In this document: positions 1 to 7,363 of the stretch, one piece after another
Layout: each line of letters begins with the position of its first letter
How positions within the stretch are numbered: the stretch's first letter is position 1
The notes under the pieces: generated by a model
What the model was told of the DNA's origin: nothing
The model's input: only the letters and a program-made list of their open reading frames with translations
The model's database searches: none
Source: Candidatus Eiseniibacteriota bacterium
Lineage (GTDB): Bacteria; Eisenbacteria; RBG-16-71-46; DASYSL01
Length of the DNA: 11,569 nt
Reading direction: 5' to 3'
Assembly (NCBI GenBank): GCA_031431875.1
Contig: JANPEF010000052.1
Location: 1 to 11,569, forward strand
Made by a program: the position numbers and the translations under genes

Positions 1-453
1 TTCGGCGGGTTGATCCGCTCGCTGAACGCGATCCCGATCCGGCAACGGGTCGCCGATCACTCCGGCCTCGAGCGCGCCCTGGGCGTACTCGCCGCCGGGC
101 ACGCGCTGCTCGTCTTTCCCGAGGGCGGTCGCATGAAGGACGGTCGGTTGCATCCGGCCCTCCCGGGCCTCGGGCACCTCGTGTCCCGCGCCCGGGTGCC
201 TGTCGTGCCCCTCTATGTGTCGGGCACGAATCGCATCCGCCGCTGTGTGCTGCGCCGCGATCGCGTGCGCATCACCGTCGGTGCGCCCCTCCCCTCGACC
301 CTCTGGTCGTCGGCGGGCGAGCAGTCGACCCGAACCGGTCGCGATCGGCAACGTTTGATCGGGGACCGCGTCATGCAGGAGATCGCCCTCCTCCGGCGTC
401 AGCAGGAGGAGACGGCGCGGAACGGGGCCGCCCCCGACACCGCATCCCCGTAA
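1..453 (+). CDS. plsC: 1-acyl-sn-glycerol-3-phosphate (lysophospholipid) acyltransferase, PlsC family; 5'-truncated by the window edge
   Basis: Frame 1 is open from base 1 (FGGLIRSLNAIPIRQR...) to TAA at 451-453. It contains the acyltransferase block LLVFPEGGR, followed by GLGHLVSRARVPVVPLYVSG and ITVGAPL. The HxxxxD motif would lie upstream of the window. A position upstream of rpsA fits the common cmk-plsC-rpsA order. Confidence 0.85.
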   Translation, partial: FGGLIRSLNAIPIRQRVADHSGLERALGVLAAGHALLVFPEGGRMKDGRLHPALPGLGHLVSRARVPVVPLYVSGTNRIRRCVLRRDRVRITVGAPLPSTLWSSAGEQSTRTGRDRQRLIGDRVMQEIALLRRQQEETARNGAAPDTASP

Positions 454-467
454 CCGCGACTCCACCC

Positions 468-473
468 AGGAGG
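468..473 (+). promoter_or_regulatory. Shine-Dalgarno site of rpsA
   Basis: AGGAGG lies 10 nt upstream of the ATG at 484. Confidence 0.75.
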
Positions 474-483
474 CTTCTGCTAC

Positions 484-2358
484 ATGCACGAAGATCGCGA
501 ACGTTTCACCCCCGGCGCCACCGAAGACGACGAACCGCGCGCCAGCACCCCTCGCCGCATCACTGCTCCCGTCTTCGTCGACGACGATGAGGATGAAGAA
601 GGCGGCATGACCGCCATCGAGCGCTCGGCCATGTACGAGCTCTACGCCCCATCGCTGCAGTCGCTGGGCGAGGGCGAGATCGTGCGCGGAACCGTGCTCC
701 ACATCTCCGACACGGAAGTCCTGGTCGACGTCGGGTTCAAGTCCGAGGGTGTGATCAACCTCTCGGAGTTCACCAATCGCGACGAGATCAAGGTCGGCGA
801 CGAAGTCGAGGTGTTCCTCGAGAAGATGGAGAATCAGGACGGCCTCGTCGTCCTCTCCAAGCAGCGCGCCGACTTCGTGCGCGTGTGGGACCGCGTCAAG
901 GCCGCGGCCGACGCCGGTGAACTGGTCGAGGGCAAGCTGGTCCGCAAGATCAAGGGCGGCGTCGTGGTCGACCTCTACGGGGTCGAAGCGTTCCTCCCGG
1001 GCAGCCAGATTGCGCTACGCCAGGTGCAGAACGTGGACGCGCTGCTGGGCCAGTCGGTGCTGGTCAAGATCATCAAGCTCAACAAGCGCCGCCGCAACAT
1101 CGTGGTGTCGCGCCGCGCCGTCCTCGAGGAGGAGCGCGAGCGCATGAAGGCCGGCGTCCTCAAGGACCTGGGCAAGGACCAGATTCGCGAGGGCGTGGTC
1201 AAGAACATCACCGATTTCGGCGCGTTCGTCGACCTCGGCGGCATCGACGGCCTGCTGCACATCACGGACATGTCGTGGGGTCGCGTGTCGCATCCGTCCG
1301 AGATCGTCAAGATCGGCGACAAGGTCACGGTCAAGGTGCTCAACTTCGATCCCGAGAAGGAGCGCATCTCGCTCGGCTTGAAGCAGCTCACGCCGTACCC
1401 GTGGGAGGGCGTCGACAAGAAGTACCCGGTCGGCACCCGCGTCAACGGCAAGGTGGTCTCGATCACCGACTACGGCGCCTTCGTCGAGCTCGAGAAGGGC
1501 GTCGAGGGCCTGGTCCACGTGTCCGAGATGAGCTGGACGCGGCACGTGCGCCATCCGTCCAAGGTGGTCACCATCGGCGACACGATCGAAGCGCTCGTGC
1601 TCAAGGTCGATCCGTCGAACGAGAAGATCTCGCTCGGGCTCAAGCAGGTCGAGCCCGATCCGTGGCTCACGCTCGACGACCGCTTCCCGATCGGCTCGCG
1701 CGTGCAGGGCAAGGTGCGCAACCTCACGAACTTCGGCGCCTTCGTCGAGCTCGAGGAGGGCATCGACGGCCTGGTGCACGTGTCCGACATGTCGTGGACC
1801 AAGCGCGTCTCGCACCCGTCCGAGGTGGTCAAGAAGGGCGAGGGCGTCGAGGTCGTGGTGCTGGCGATCGACAAGGAGCACCGCCGGATCTCGCTCGGCC
1901 TCAAGCAGGTGCAGGACGATCCGTGGCCGACGCTGGCCGACAAGTTCCCCTCGGGCATGACGGTCACGGCCACCGTGAACCGCCTGTTCGACCGCGGCGC
2001 GATCGTGGACGTGGGTGGCGACATCGAGGGCTTCGTGCCCCTGTCGCAGCTCGGCGTCGACGACCTCAAGCGCCCGGGCGAGGCATTCGTGCCCGCCGAA
2101 CCGCTCACCCTCAAGGTGACGCGCGTTGACGTGCCGAACCATCGCCTGGTGCTGTCGGTCAAGGCATGGCTGCAGGATCAGGACGACGTCACGCTCGCCG
2201 AGTGGACCGCGGCTCGCAATCGGGCCCGGGCCGAGGCAGCCGAAGCCGAGAAGGCCGAGGCCGCCCGGGCCGAGGCGCGGGGCGAGCGCAAGGCCCGCGA
2301 AGCCGAGGATGGCGTCGCCGAAGTCGAACCCGAAGTCGAAGTCGAAGACGAAGCGTAA
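484..2358 (+). CDS. rpsA: 30S ribosomal protein S1 (624 aa, six S1 domains)
   Basis: Repeated S1 motifs: VDVGFKSEG, AFLPGSQI, TDFGAFVDLGGIDGLLHITDMSW, TDYGAFVELEKGVEGLVHVSEMSW, TNFGAFVELEEGIDGLVHVSDMSW, EGFVPLSQL, with ISLGLKQ linkers. Codon usage is strongly biased and there is an SD site. Confidence 0.98.
   Translation: MHEDRERFTPGATEDDEPRASTPRRITAPVFVDDDEDEEGGMTAIERSAMYELYAPSLQSLGEGEIVRGTVLHISDTEVLVDVGFKSEGVINLSEFTNRDEIKVGDEVEVFLEKMENQDGLVVLSKQRADFVRVWDRVKAAADAGELVEGKLVRKIKGGVVVDLYGVEAFLPGSQIALRQVQNVDALLGQSVLVKIIKLNKRRRNIVVSRRAVLEEERERMKAGVLKDLGKDQIREGVVKNITDFGAFVDLGGIDGLLHITDMSWGRVSHPSEIVKIGDKVTVKVLNFDPEKERISLGLKQLTPYPWEGVDKKYPVGTRVNGKVVSITDYGAFVELEKGVEGLVHVSEMSWTRHVRHPSKVVTIGDTIEALVLKVDPSNEKISLGLKQVEPDPWLTLDDRFPIGSRVQGKVRNLTNFGAFVELEEGIDGLVHVSDMSWTKRVSHPSEVVKKGEGVEVVVLAIDKEHRRISLGLKQVQDDPWPTLADKFPSGMTVTATVNRLFDRGAIVDVGGDIEGFVPLSQLGVDDLKRPGEAFVPAEPLTLKVTRVDVPNHRLVLSVKAWLQDQDDVTLAEWTAARNRARAEAAEAEKAEAARAEARGERKAREAEDGVAEVEPEVEVEDEA
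2319..2354 (+). repeat. Imperfect 6-nt tandem repeat (CGAAGN x6) encoding the acidic EVEPEVEVEDE tail of S1
   Basis: cgaagt cgaacc cgaagt cgaagt cgaaga cgaagc. Confidence 0.7.
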
Positions 2359-2370
2359 GGAACACCGGAA

Positions 2371-2410
2371 GGGGAGCGGTCCGGGTGCCCACCCGGCCGC
2401 TCCTTTCTTC
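2371..2410 (+). terminator. Rho-independent terminator-like hairpin after rpsA
   Basis: GGAGCGG-(T bulge)-CCGGGT / loop GCCC / ACCCGG-CCGCTCC gives a 13-bp stem, followed by TTTCTTC. It begins 12 nt after the rpsA stop. Confidence 0.75.
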
Positions 2411-2436
2411 TCCCCGCTGGTCTCCGTCTGAACTCC

Positions 2437-2442
2437 AGGAGG
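2437..2442 (+). promoter_or_regulatory. Shine-Dalgarno site of miaB
   Basis: AGGAGG lies just upstream of the GTG at 2447. Confidence 0.7.
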
Positions 2443-2446
2443 GACC

Positions 2447-3757
2447 GTGCAGCGCTTCTATCTCGAGAGCTACGGCTGCCAGATGAACGTGTACGACACG
2501 CAGGGACTCGAGCGGCAGCTCGAGGACCATGGCTACACGCGTGTCGCCACTCCCGAGGACGCCGACGTCGTCCTGGTCAACACCTGCTCCGTCCGCGAGC
2601 ATGCCGAGGAGCGCACGCTCAACCGGCTCGCGGTCCTCTCCCGGCTCAAGGCGAAGAATCCCGCGCTCAAGCTCGGCGTCTGCGGTTGCATGGCGCAGCG
2701 CATGGGCGCGGAGATCAAGCGGCGCGTCCCCCGCGTCGACCTGATCGTCGGCGCGCAGGCTCTGCCCGCCGTGCTCCCCGCGCTCAAGGCGCTCGAACGG
2801 GGGGAATCGACCGGGCCTGTCGTCGAGCCACTGAACCACTACCTGCCGCCACCGCGCCCCCGACTCGACGCGAAGAACCTCAAGGGCTTCGTCACCATCA
2901 TCCGCGGCTGCAACAAGGCTTGCGCCTACTGCATCGTCCCCACCACGCGCGGGCCCGAGGTCAGCCGCCATCCCGACGACGTCGTGCTCGAGGTGCAGGA
3001 GCTGGTGCTGCGCGGGGCGAAGGAGATCACGCTCCTCGGGCAGAACGTGAATAGCTATCACGCCGCAGGCGTCGATTTTCCCGAGTTGTTGGCACGGTGC
3101 GGTGCGGTGGCAGGAAAGTGGCGCCTGCGCTTTACTACGAGCCACCCGCGGGACATGGCCCCTGACGTCGTGCGCCGGATCGCGCAAGCCCCGCGCCTGG
3201 CCCCGTGGCTGCACTTGCCGGTGCAGAGCGGCTCGCCGCGCCTGCTGCGCGCCATGAATCGCGACTACACGCTCGAGCAGTACCTCGTCGCCATCGACGC
3301 CGCGCGCGAGGCGATGCCGGACCTCGCCGTGACCACCGACCTCATCGTCGGCTTCCCCGGCGAGACCGAGGACGATTTCGCGCAGACGCTGGCCCTGGTC
3401 GAGCGCGTGCGTTACGACACGTCCTACGCCTTCAAGTACTCGCCGCGCTCGGGCACCGCCGCGGCGCGCCGCGAAGACGACGTGACCGGCGAGGAGAAGC
3501 AGCGCCGCCTGGCGCTCCTGCTCGCCGCCCAGCGCCGCCTCTCGCACCAGATCAACCAGGCATGGGTCGGCCGCACCGTCGAGGTGCTGGTCGAGGGCCG
3601 CGACGAGAGACACGGCAACGGCCTCACCCGCACGGGACAGAACAAGATGGTCCTCGTGCCGTGGCAGGACGGGCTCGCTCCCGGCCAGTTCGCCGAGGCC
3701 GTGGTCGAGCGGGCCGAGGGGCAGACGCTGCATGGCCGCCTCGTCGGCGCGGTTTGA
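2447..3757 (+). CDS. miaB: tRNA-2-methylthio-N6-dimethylallyladenosine synthase MiaB (radical SAM methylthiotransferase, 436 aa)
   Basis: UPF0004 domain cysteines (SYGCQMN, NTCSVRE, GCMAQ), radical SAM CxxxCxxC (CNKACAYC), LLGQNVNSY, RFTTSHP, LHLPVQSGS, TDLIVGFPGET, FKYSPRSGT and a C-terminal TRAM domain. GCQMN and TSHP favour MiaB over RimO or MtaB. Confidence 0.95.
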   Translation: MQRFYLESYGCQMNVYDTQGLERQLEDHGYTRVATPEDADVVLVNTCSVREHAEERTLNRLAVLSRLKAKNPALKLGVCGCMAQRMGAEIKRRVPRVDLIVGAQALPAVLPALKALERGESTGPVVEPLNHYLPPPRPRLDAKNLKGFVTIIRGCNKACAYCIVPTTRGPEVSRHPDDVVLEVQELVLRGAKEITLLGQNVNSYHAAGVDFPELLARCGAVAGKWRLRFTTSHPRDMAPDVVRRIAQAPRLAPWLHLPVQSGSPRLLRAMNRDYTLEQYLVAIDAAREAMPDLAVTTDLIVGFPGETEDDFAQTLALVERVRYDTSYAFKYSPRSGTAAARREDDVTGEEKQRRLALLLAAQRRLSHQINQAWVGRTVEVLVEGRDERHGNGLTRTGQNKMVLVPWQDGLAPGQFAEAVVERAEGQTLHGRLVGAV

Positions 3758-3764
3758 TCCGCGC

Positions 3765-4547
3765 ATGATCCCGCGCCCCCGGTGCGCGCCTCGCCTCGCG
3801 CGGCGCGCGCCTCGCCCACTCGCTCGCCCGATCATCGCCCTCGCCGCAACGCTGGCGTTTGCTGTCGGCGTCGGCGCAGCCCACGCCCAGGGCCGTCGAC
3901 CCGCGCCGACGCCCGCACCCGTCGGCCCCGTCGATCCGGTCCGCGCCGCGTGGGACGCCGCGGTCGCTCCCGGGCTCGCCGACACGACGCGCGCGCGGCT
4001 CGAGGCCTTCCTCGCGCGCTACCCGCGCCAGCCGCAGGCGCGCGACGCGCAGCACGAACTCGGCCTCCTCGCCTACGCGCGCGGGGACTACGCAGCGGCA
4101 CGCGATGCGTTCCGCCGCGGCCGGCCCGCCAGCGGCGGCGACGAGGCGCGTTACTGGGAGGCATTATCGGCGTTCGCGCTCGGGCGCACCCGCGAGGCGC
4201 GCACCCTCGCCCTGCCCCTGGCGAAGGCGAAGCCGCGCCAGGCCGGACCGCGCCGCTGGGATGCCGCGTATCTCGTCGCCTTGTCGTGGGCCCAGGAGGG
4301 CAAGAAGTCCGAGGCGCTCGCCGCCTACCGCGAGCTCTTCGCGCTGCCGCCCGCGGGGGCCGAGGCCGCCGCGCTGTTCCAGGGTGTCGGGCTGGCCCGC
4401 GAGCTGGGCCGCAGCGAAGACGCTGCCGCATGGCGCACACGCCTGCTGGCCCGCGCCCCGGGCAGCCCCGAGGCGGCCAGCCTCCACGCCGACGAGGCAC
4501 CGCGCCCGCCGGCCCGGGCCGACTCCGGCAGCGTCCGCGGGCGGTAG
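3765..4547 (+). CDS. Secreted tetratricopeptide-repeat protein (YbgF/CpoB- or BamD-like helical repeats), about 260 aa
   Basis: An Arg-rich n-region and hydrophobic h-region (IIALAATLAFAVGVG) end in an AHA|Q cleavage site. TPR-like units follow: FLARYPRQPQARDAQHELGLLAYARGDYAAARDAF, EARYWEALSAFALGRTREA, DAAYLVALSWAQEGKKSEALAAY, and LLARAPGSPEA. The ATG at 3765 (7 nt after the miaB stop) was preferred to the ATG at 3732. Confidence 0.75.
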   Translation: MIPRPRCAPRLARRAPRPLARPIIALAATLAFAVGVGAAHAQGRRPAPTPAPVGPVDPVRAAWDAAVAPGLADTTRARLEAFLARYPRQPQARDAQHELGLLAYARGDYAAARDAFRRGRPASGGDEARYWEALSAFALGRTREARTLALPLAKAKPRQAGPRRWDAAYLVALSWAQEGKKSEALAAYRELFALPPAGAEAAALFQGVGLARELGRSEDAAAWRTRLLARAPGSPEAASLHADEAPRPPARADSGSVRGR

Positions 4548-4551
4548 CACG

Positions 4552-7200
4552 GTGGCCGCCAAGACCTCGCCGCTCATGGAGCAGTTCGGGCGCATCAAGC
4601 GCGCCCATCCCGACACCCTGCTCCTGTTCCGCGTCGGCGACTTCTACGAGACGTTCTACGACGATGCGGTGCAGGCCGCCAGGCTGCTGGGCATCACGCT
4701 CACCTCGCGCAACAAGAACGATCCCGATCCCATTCCGCTGGCCGGCATCCCGTGGCACCAGCGCGACGTCTACGTCGCGCGGCTGCTGCGCCAGGGCCGC
4801 CGGGTGGCGATCTGCGAGCAGCTCGAGGACCCGGCGCTGGCGAAGGGGCTCCTCGAGCGCGGCGTGACCGAGATCCTCACGCCCGGCTCGGTCGTGGAAG
4901 ACGCGTTCCTCGTCGCCGGCGAGAGCAACTACCTGGCGGCCGTCGCGCCGGACGCGACGGGCGTGCGTGCCGGGATCGCGCTCGTCGAGGCGTCGACCGG
5001 CGAGTTCCTCGTGGCCGAGATGCCGGTCGATGAAGCGGCCGCCGAGCTCGGGCGCTACCCGGTGTCGGAGTTCCTCGTGCCCGCCGGGCAGGCGCTCCCG
5101 CGCCCGCTCGAGGCGATCCTGTTTCTCGCCCGCACCGTCACCCGGTTGCCGGCAGCGAGGTATGACGGCGACGCGCCGCGCGATGGGTTCGCCGCGCATT
5201 TCGGCGACGCGGCCGCAGAGGCGCAACGCCTGTCGCCGCTCGCCGCCCGCGCGGGTGCCGTCGCGCTGTCGTACCTGGGCGAGGTGCAAGGCAGCGCGCT
5301 CACGCAGGTCCGCCGCCTCTCGCGCCTGTCGAGCCGCGAGCACCTCGGCCTCGACCCGGCGACGCGGCGTTCGCTCGAGTTGTTCGAGCCGGCGCCCGGC
5401 GGCGATCCCGCGCACACGCTGTGGGCCGTCATCAATCGCACCCGCACCCCGGCGGGGGCGCGGCGCCTGCGCGCCACGCTCGAGCGCCCGCTGGTCGACG
5501 CCACGGCGATCGAGGCGCGCCTCGATGCGGTCGCCACGCTGGTCGACGACGCCGGGCTGCGTGCGGCGTGCCGCGCCGCACTCGATCGCACCTATGACCT
5601 CGAGCGCCTGGCCGCGCGGATCGCGGCCGCCAAGGCGAACGCGCGCGACCTGGTCGCACTGGGCGAGACCTTGCTCGCCGTGCCCGCGCTGGCCGCGCGG
5701 CTGGCCGACCGCCCGGCGCTGGCGGCCGCCACCGCCGCGCTCGATCCGCACGCCGAGTTGGCGGCGCACCTGGCGCGGGCGCTGGTCGACGACCCTCCCG
5801 TCACGATCAAGGACGGCGGCATGATCCGCCCGGGATTCGATGCCGCACTCGACGAGCTGCGCGAACTCGCCGCCGGCGGCAAGCGCTGGCTCGCCGAGTT
5901 CGAGACGCGCGAGCGCGAGGCCACGGGCATCGGCTCGCTCAAGGTCGGCTACAACCGCGTGTTCGGCTACTTCATCGAGATCACGCGCGCGCAGGCGCCG
6001 CGTGCCCCGGTGCACTACGAGCGACGACAGACGCTGACCACCGCCGAGCGCTATGTCACGCCCGAGCTGCGCGCGAAGGAGTCGCAGGTGCTCGGCGCCG
6101 AGGAGCGCCTGCGCGAGGCCGAGGCCGCGATCTTTCTCGCGCTGCGCGAGCGCACGGCGCGCGACTTCGAGACGCTGCAGGGCACCGCGCGTGCGCTGGC
6201 CGAGATCGACGCGCTCGCCGGGCTCGCCGAGGTCGCTGCCACGGGCGGCTGGACGCGCCCGCATGTCCACGGCGGCGATCGCCTGCACCTGGTGGCCGCG
6301 CGGCACCCGGTGGTCGAGCGGCTCCTGCCGCCGGGACGCTTCGTTCCCAACGACGTCGACCTCGACCCGGCGCGGCGGCAGATCATCCTCCTGACCGGGC
6401 CGAACATGGCGGGCAAGTCGACCTACATGCGTCAGGTCGCGCTGATCGTCCTGCTCGCCCAGGCCGGCTCGTTCGTACCGGCAGCAGCGGCCGAGATCGG
6501 CGTCGTCGACCAGATCTTCACCCGCGTCGGCGCCGGCGATCATGTGGCCGGCGGGCAGTCGACGTTCATGCTCGAGATGCTCGAGACCGCGAACATCCTG
6601 CGCCGCGCGACCGCGCGCTCGCTCGTGGTGCTCGACGAGATCGGCCGTGGCACCTCGACCTACGACGGCATGTCGCTCGCGTGGGCCGTGACCGAGGAGC
6701 TGCATCGCGACGGGGGACCGCGACCGCGCACGCTGTTCGCCACGCACTACCACGAGCTGACGCGGCTGGCCGATCGCCTGCCCCGTCTGGTCAATCGCAG
6801 CGTGCGGGTGGTGGAGAACGGGGAGGACGTCGTGTTCCTGCACGAGGTGGTCGACGGCCCCGCCGACAAGAGCTACGGGATCCATGTCGCACGCCTGGCG
6901 GGCTTACCCGAACACGTGGTGGCGCGGGCGCGGACGATCCTGGCGCTCCTCGAGACCGAGCGAGTGGACCCCCTGGAGGCCGACACCGCGCCGGAGGCCG
7001 TCGGCGGGGCGTCCCGGGTGGCGGACGCCCGGCCACCGGTTCCCCGGGGTCGCGAGCCGCAACTGAGCCTCTTCGGCGCGGATCCCCGCGCGGGCGAGCT
7101 ATGCAACCTCTTGGCCGATATCGATTTGGATCGGCTCGCTCCACGCGAGGCCCTGGCCCTGCTGTACGCGTGGCGGGAGCGGCTGGAGCGCCTGGAATAG
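4552..7200 (+). CDS. mutS: DNA mismatch repair protein MutS (MutS1, about 882 aa)
   Basis: SPLMEQF...FRVGDFYETF (mismatch-binding Phe-X-Glu), RVAICEQLE, LKVGYNRVFGYFIE, Walker A TGPNMAGKST, STFMLEM, LDEIGRGTST, FATHYHEL, SYGIHVARLAGLP and a C-terminal QLSLF motif. The true start is likely the GTG at 4552 (alternative ATG at 4576), not 3859. Confidence 0.97.
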   Translation: MAAKTSPLMEQFGRIKRAHPDTLLLFRVGDFYETFYDDAVQAARLLGITLTSRNKNDPDPIPLAGIPWHQRDVYVARLLRQGRRVAICEQLEDPALAKGLLERGVTEILTPGSVVEDAFLVAGESNYLAAVAPDATGVRAGIALVEASTGEFLVAEMPVDEAAAELGRYPVSEFLVPAGQALPRPLEAILFLARTVTRLPAARYDGDAPRDGFAAHFGDAAAEAQRLSPLAARAGAVALSYLGEVQGSALTQVRRLSRLSSREHLGLDPATRRSLELFEPAPGGDPAHTLWAVINRTRTPAGARRLRATLERPLVDATAIEARLDAVATLVDDAGLRAACRAALDRTYDLERLAARIAAAKANARDLVALGETLLAVPALAARLADRPALAAATAALDPHAELAAHLARALVDDPPVTIKDGGMIRPGFDAALDELRELAAGGKRWLAEFETREREATGIGSLKVGYNRVFGYFIEITRAQAPRAPVHYERRQTLTTAERYVTPELRAKESQVLGAEERLREAEAAIFLALRERTARDFETLQGTARALAEIDALAGLAEVAATGGWTRPHVHGGDRLHLVAARHPVVERLLPPGRFVPNDVDLDPARRQIILLTGPNMAGKSTYMRQVALIVLLAQAGSFVPAAAAEIGVVDQIFTRVGAGDHVAGGQSTFMLEMLETANILRRATARSLVVLDEIGRGTSTYDGMSLAWAVTEELHRDGGPRPRTLFATHYHELTRLADRLPRLVNRSVRVVENGEDVVFLHEVVDGPADKSYGIHVARLAGLPEHVVARARTILALLETERVDPLEADTAPEAVGGASRVADARPPVPRGREPQLSLFGADPRAGELCNLLADIDLDRLAPREALALLYAWRERLERLE

Positions 7201-7206
7201 ATTCAC

Positions 7207-7242
7207 GATTTGTTGCAGCAAATCTCATTCTGGATCTATCCT
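7207..7242 (+). promoter_or_regulatory. Candidate sigma70 promoter with an overlapping palindromic operator
   Basis: TTGCAG (7213-7218), an 18-nt spacer and TATCCT (7237-7242) lie in an AT-rich patch. The palindrome GATTTGTTGCAGCAAATC (7207-7224) covers the -35 box. Confidence 0.45.
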
Positions 7243-7363
7243 TCCTCTGCCTTGCCCGTGTCGTGCTCCCCGTGAGTCCATCGTCGGGAGCGGCGCACTC
7301 CCCCCGGGGCGAGTCCGATCTCCTGACGAGCCTTCGTCGTCCGGCCCTCACCGGGGAGTCCCC

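Noticed and set aside
1195..1930. Repeated DNA blocks (TTCGGCGCCTTCGTCGAGCTCGAG, ATCTCGCTCGGCCTCAAGCAG and variants) at about 260-nt spacing
   Set aside because: They are explained by tandem S1 domains of RpsA and are not a CRISPR or mobile repeat.
3090..3105. Sigma54-like TGGCACG inside miaB
   Set aside because: The -12 GC is displaced by one base and lacks TT. Sigma54 spacing is strict.
3859..4551. 231-codon N-terminal extension of MutS in the ORF track (1113 aa)
   Set aside because: It is low-complexity Arg/Pro/Ser sequence overlapping the TPR gene in another frame. MutS homology begins at about 4552.
2189..6885. Long minus-strand ORFs (598 aa at 2189-3985, 1017 aa at 3832-6885)
   Set aside because: These are antisense shadows of miaB and mutS caused by GC-rich codon bias, with no recognisable motifs.
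7323..7330. CTGACGAG resembling a hammerhead ribozyme core
   Set aside because: There is no downstream GAAA or compatible three-stem arrangement.
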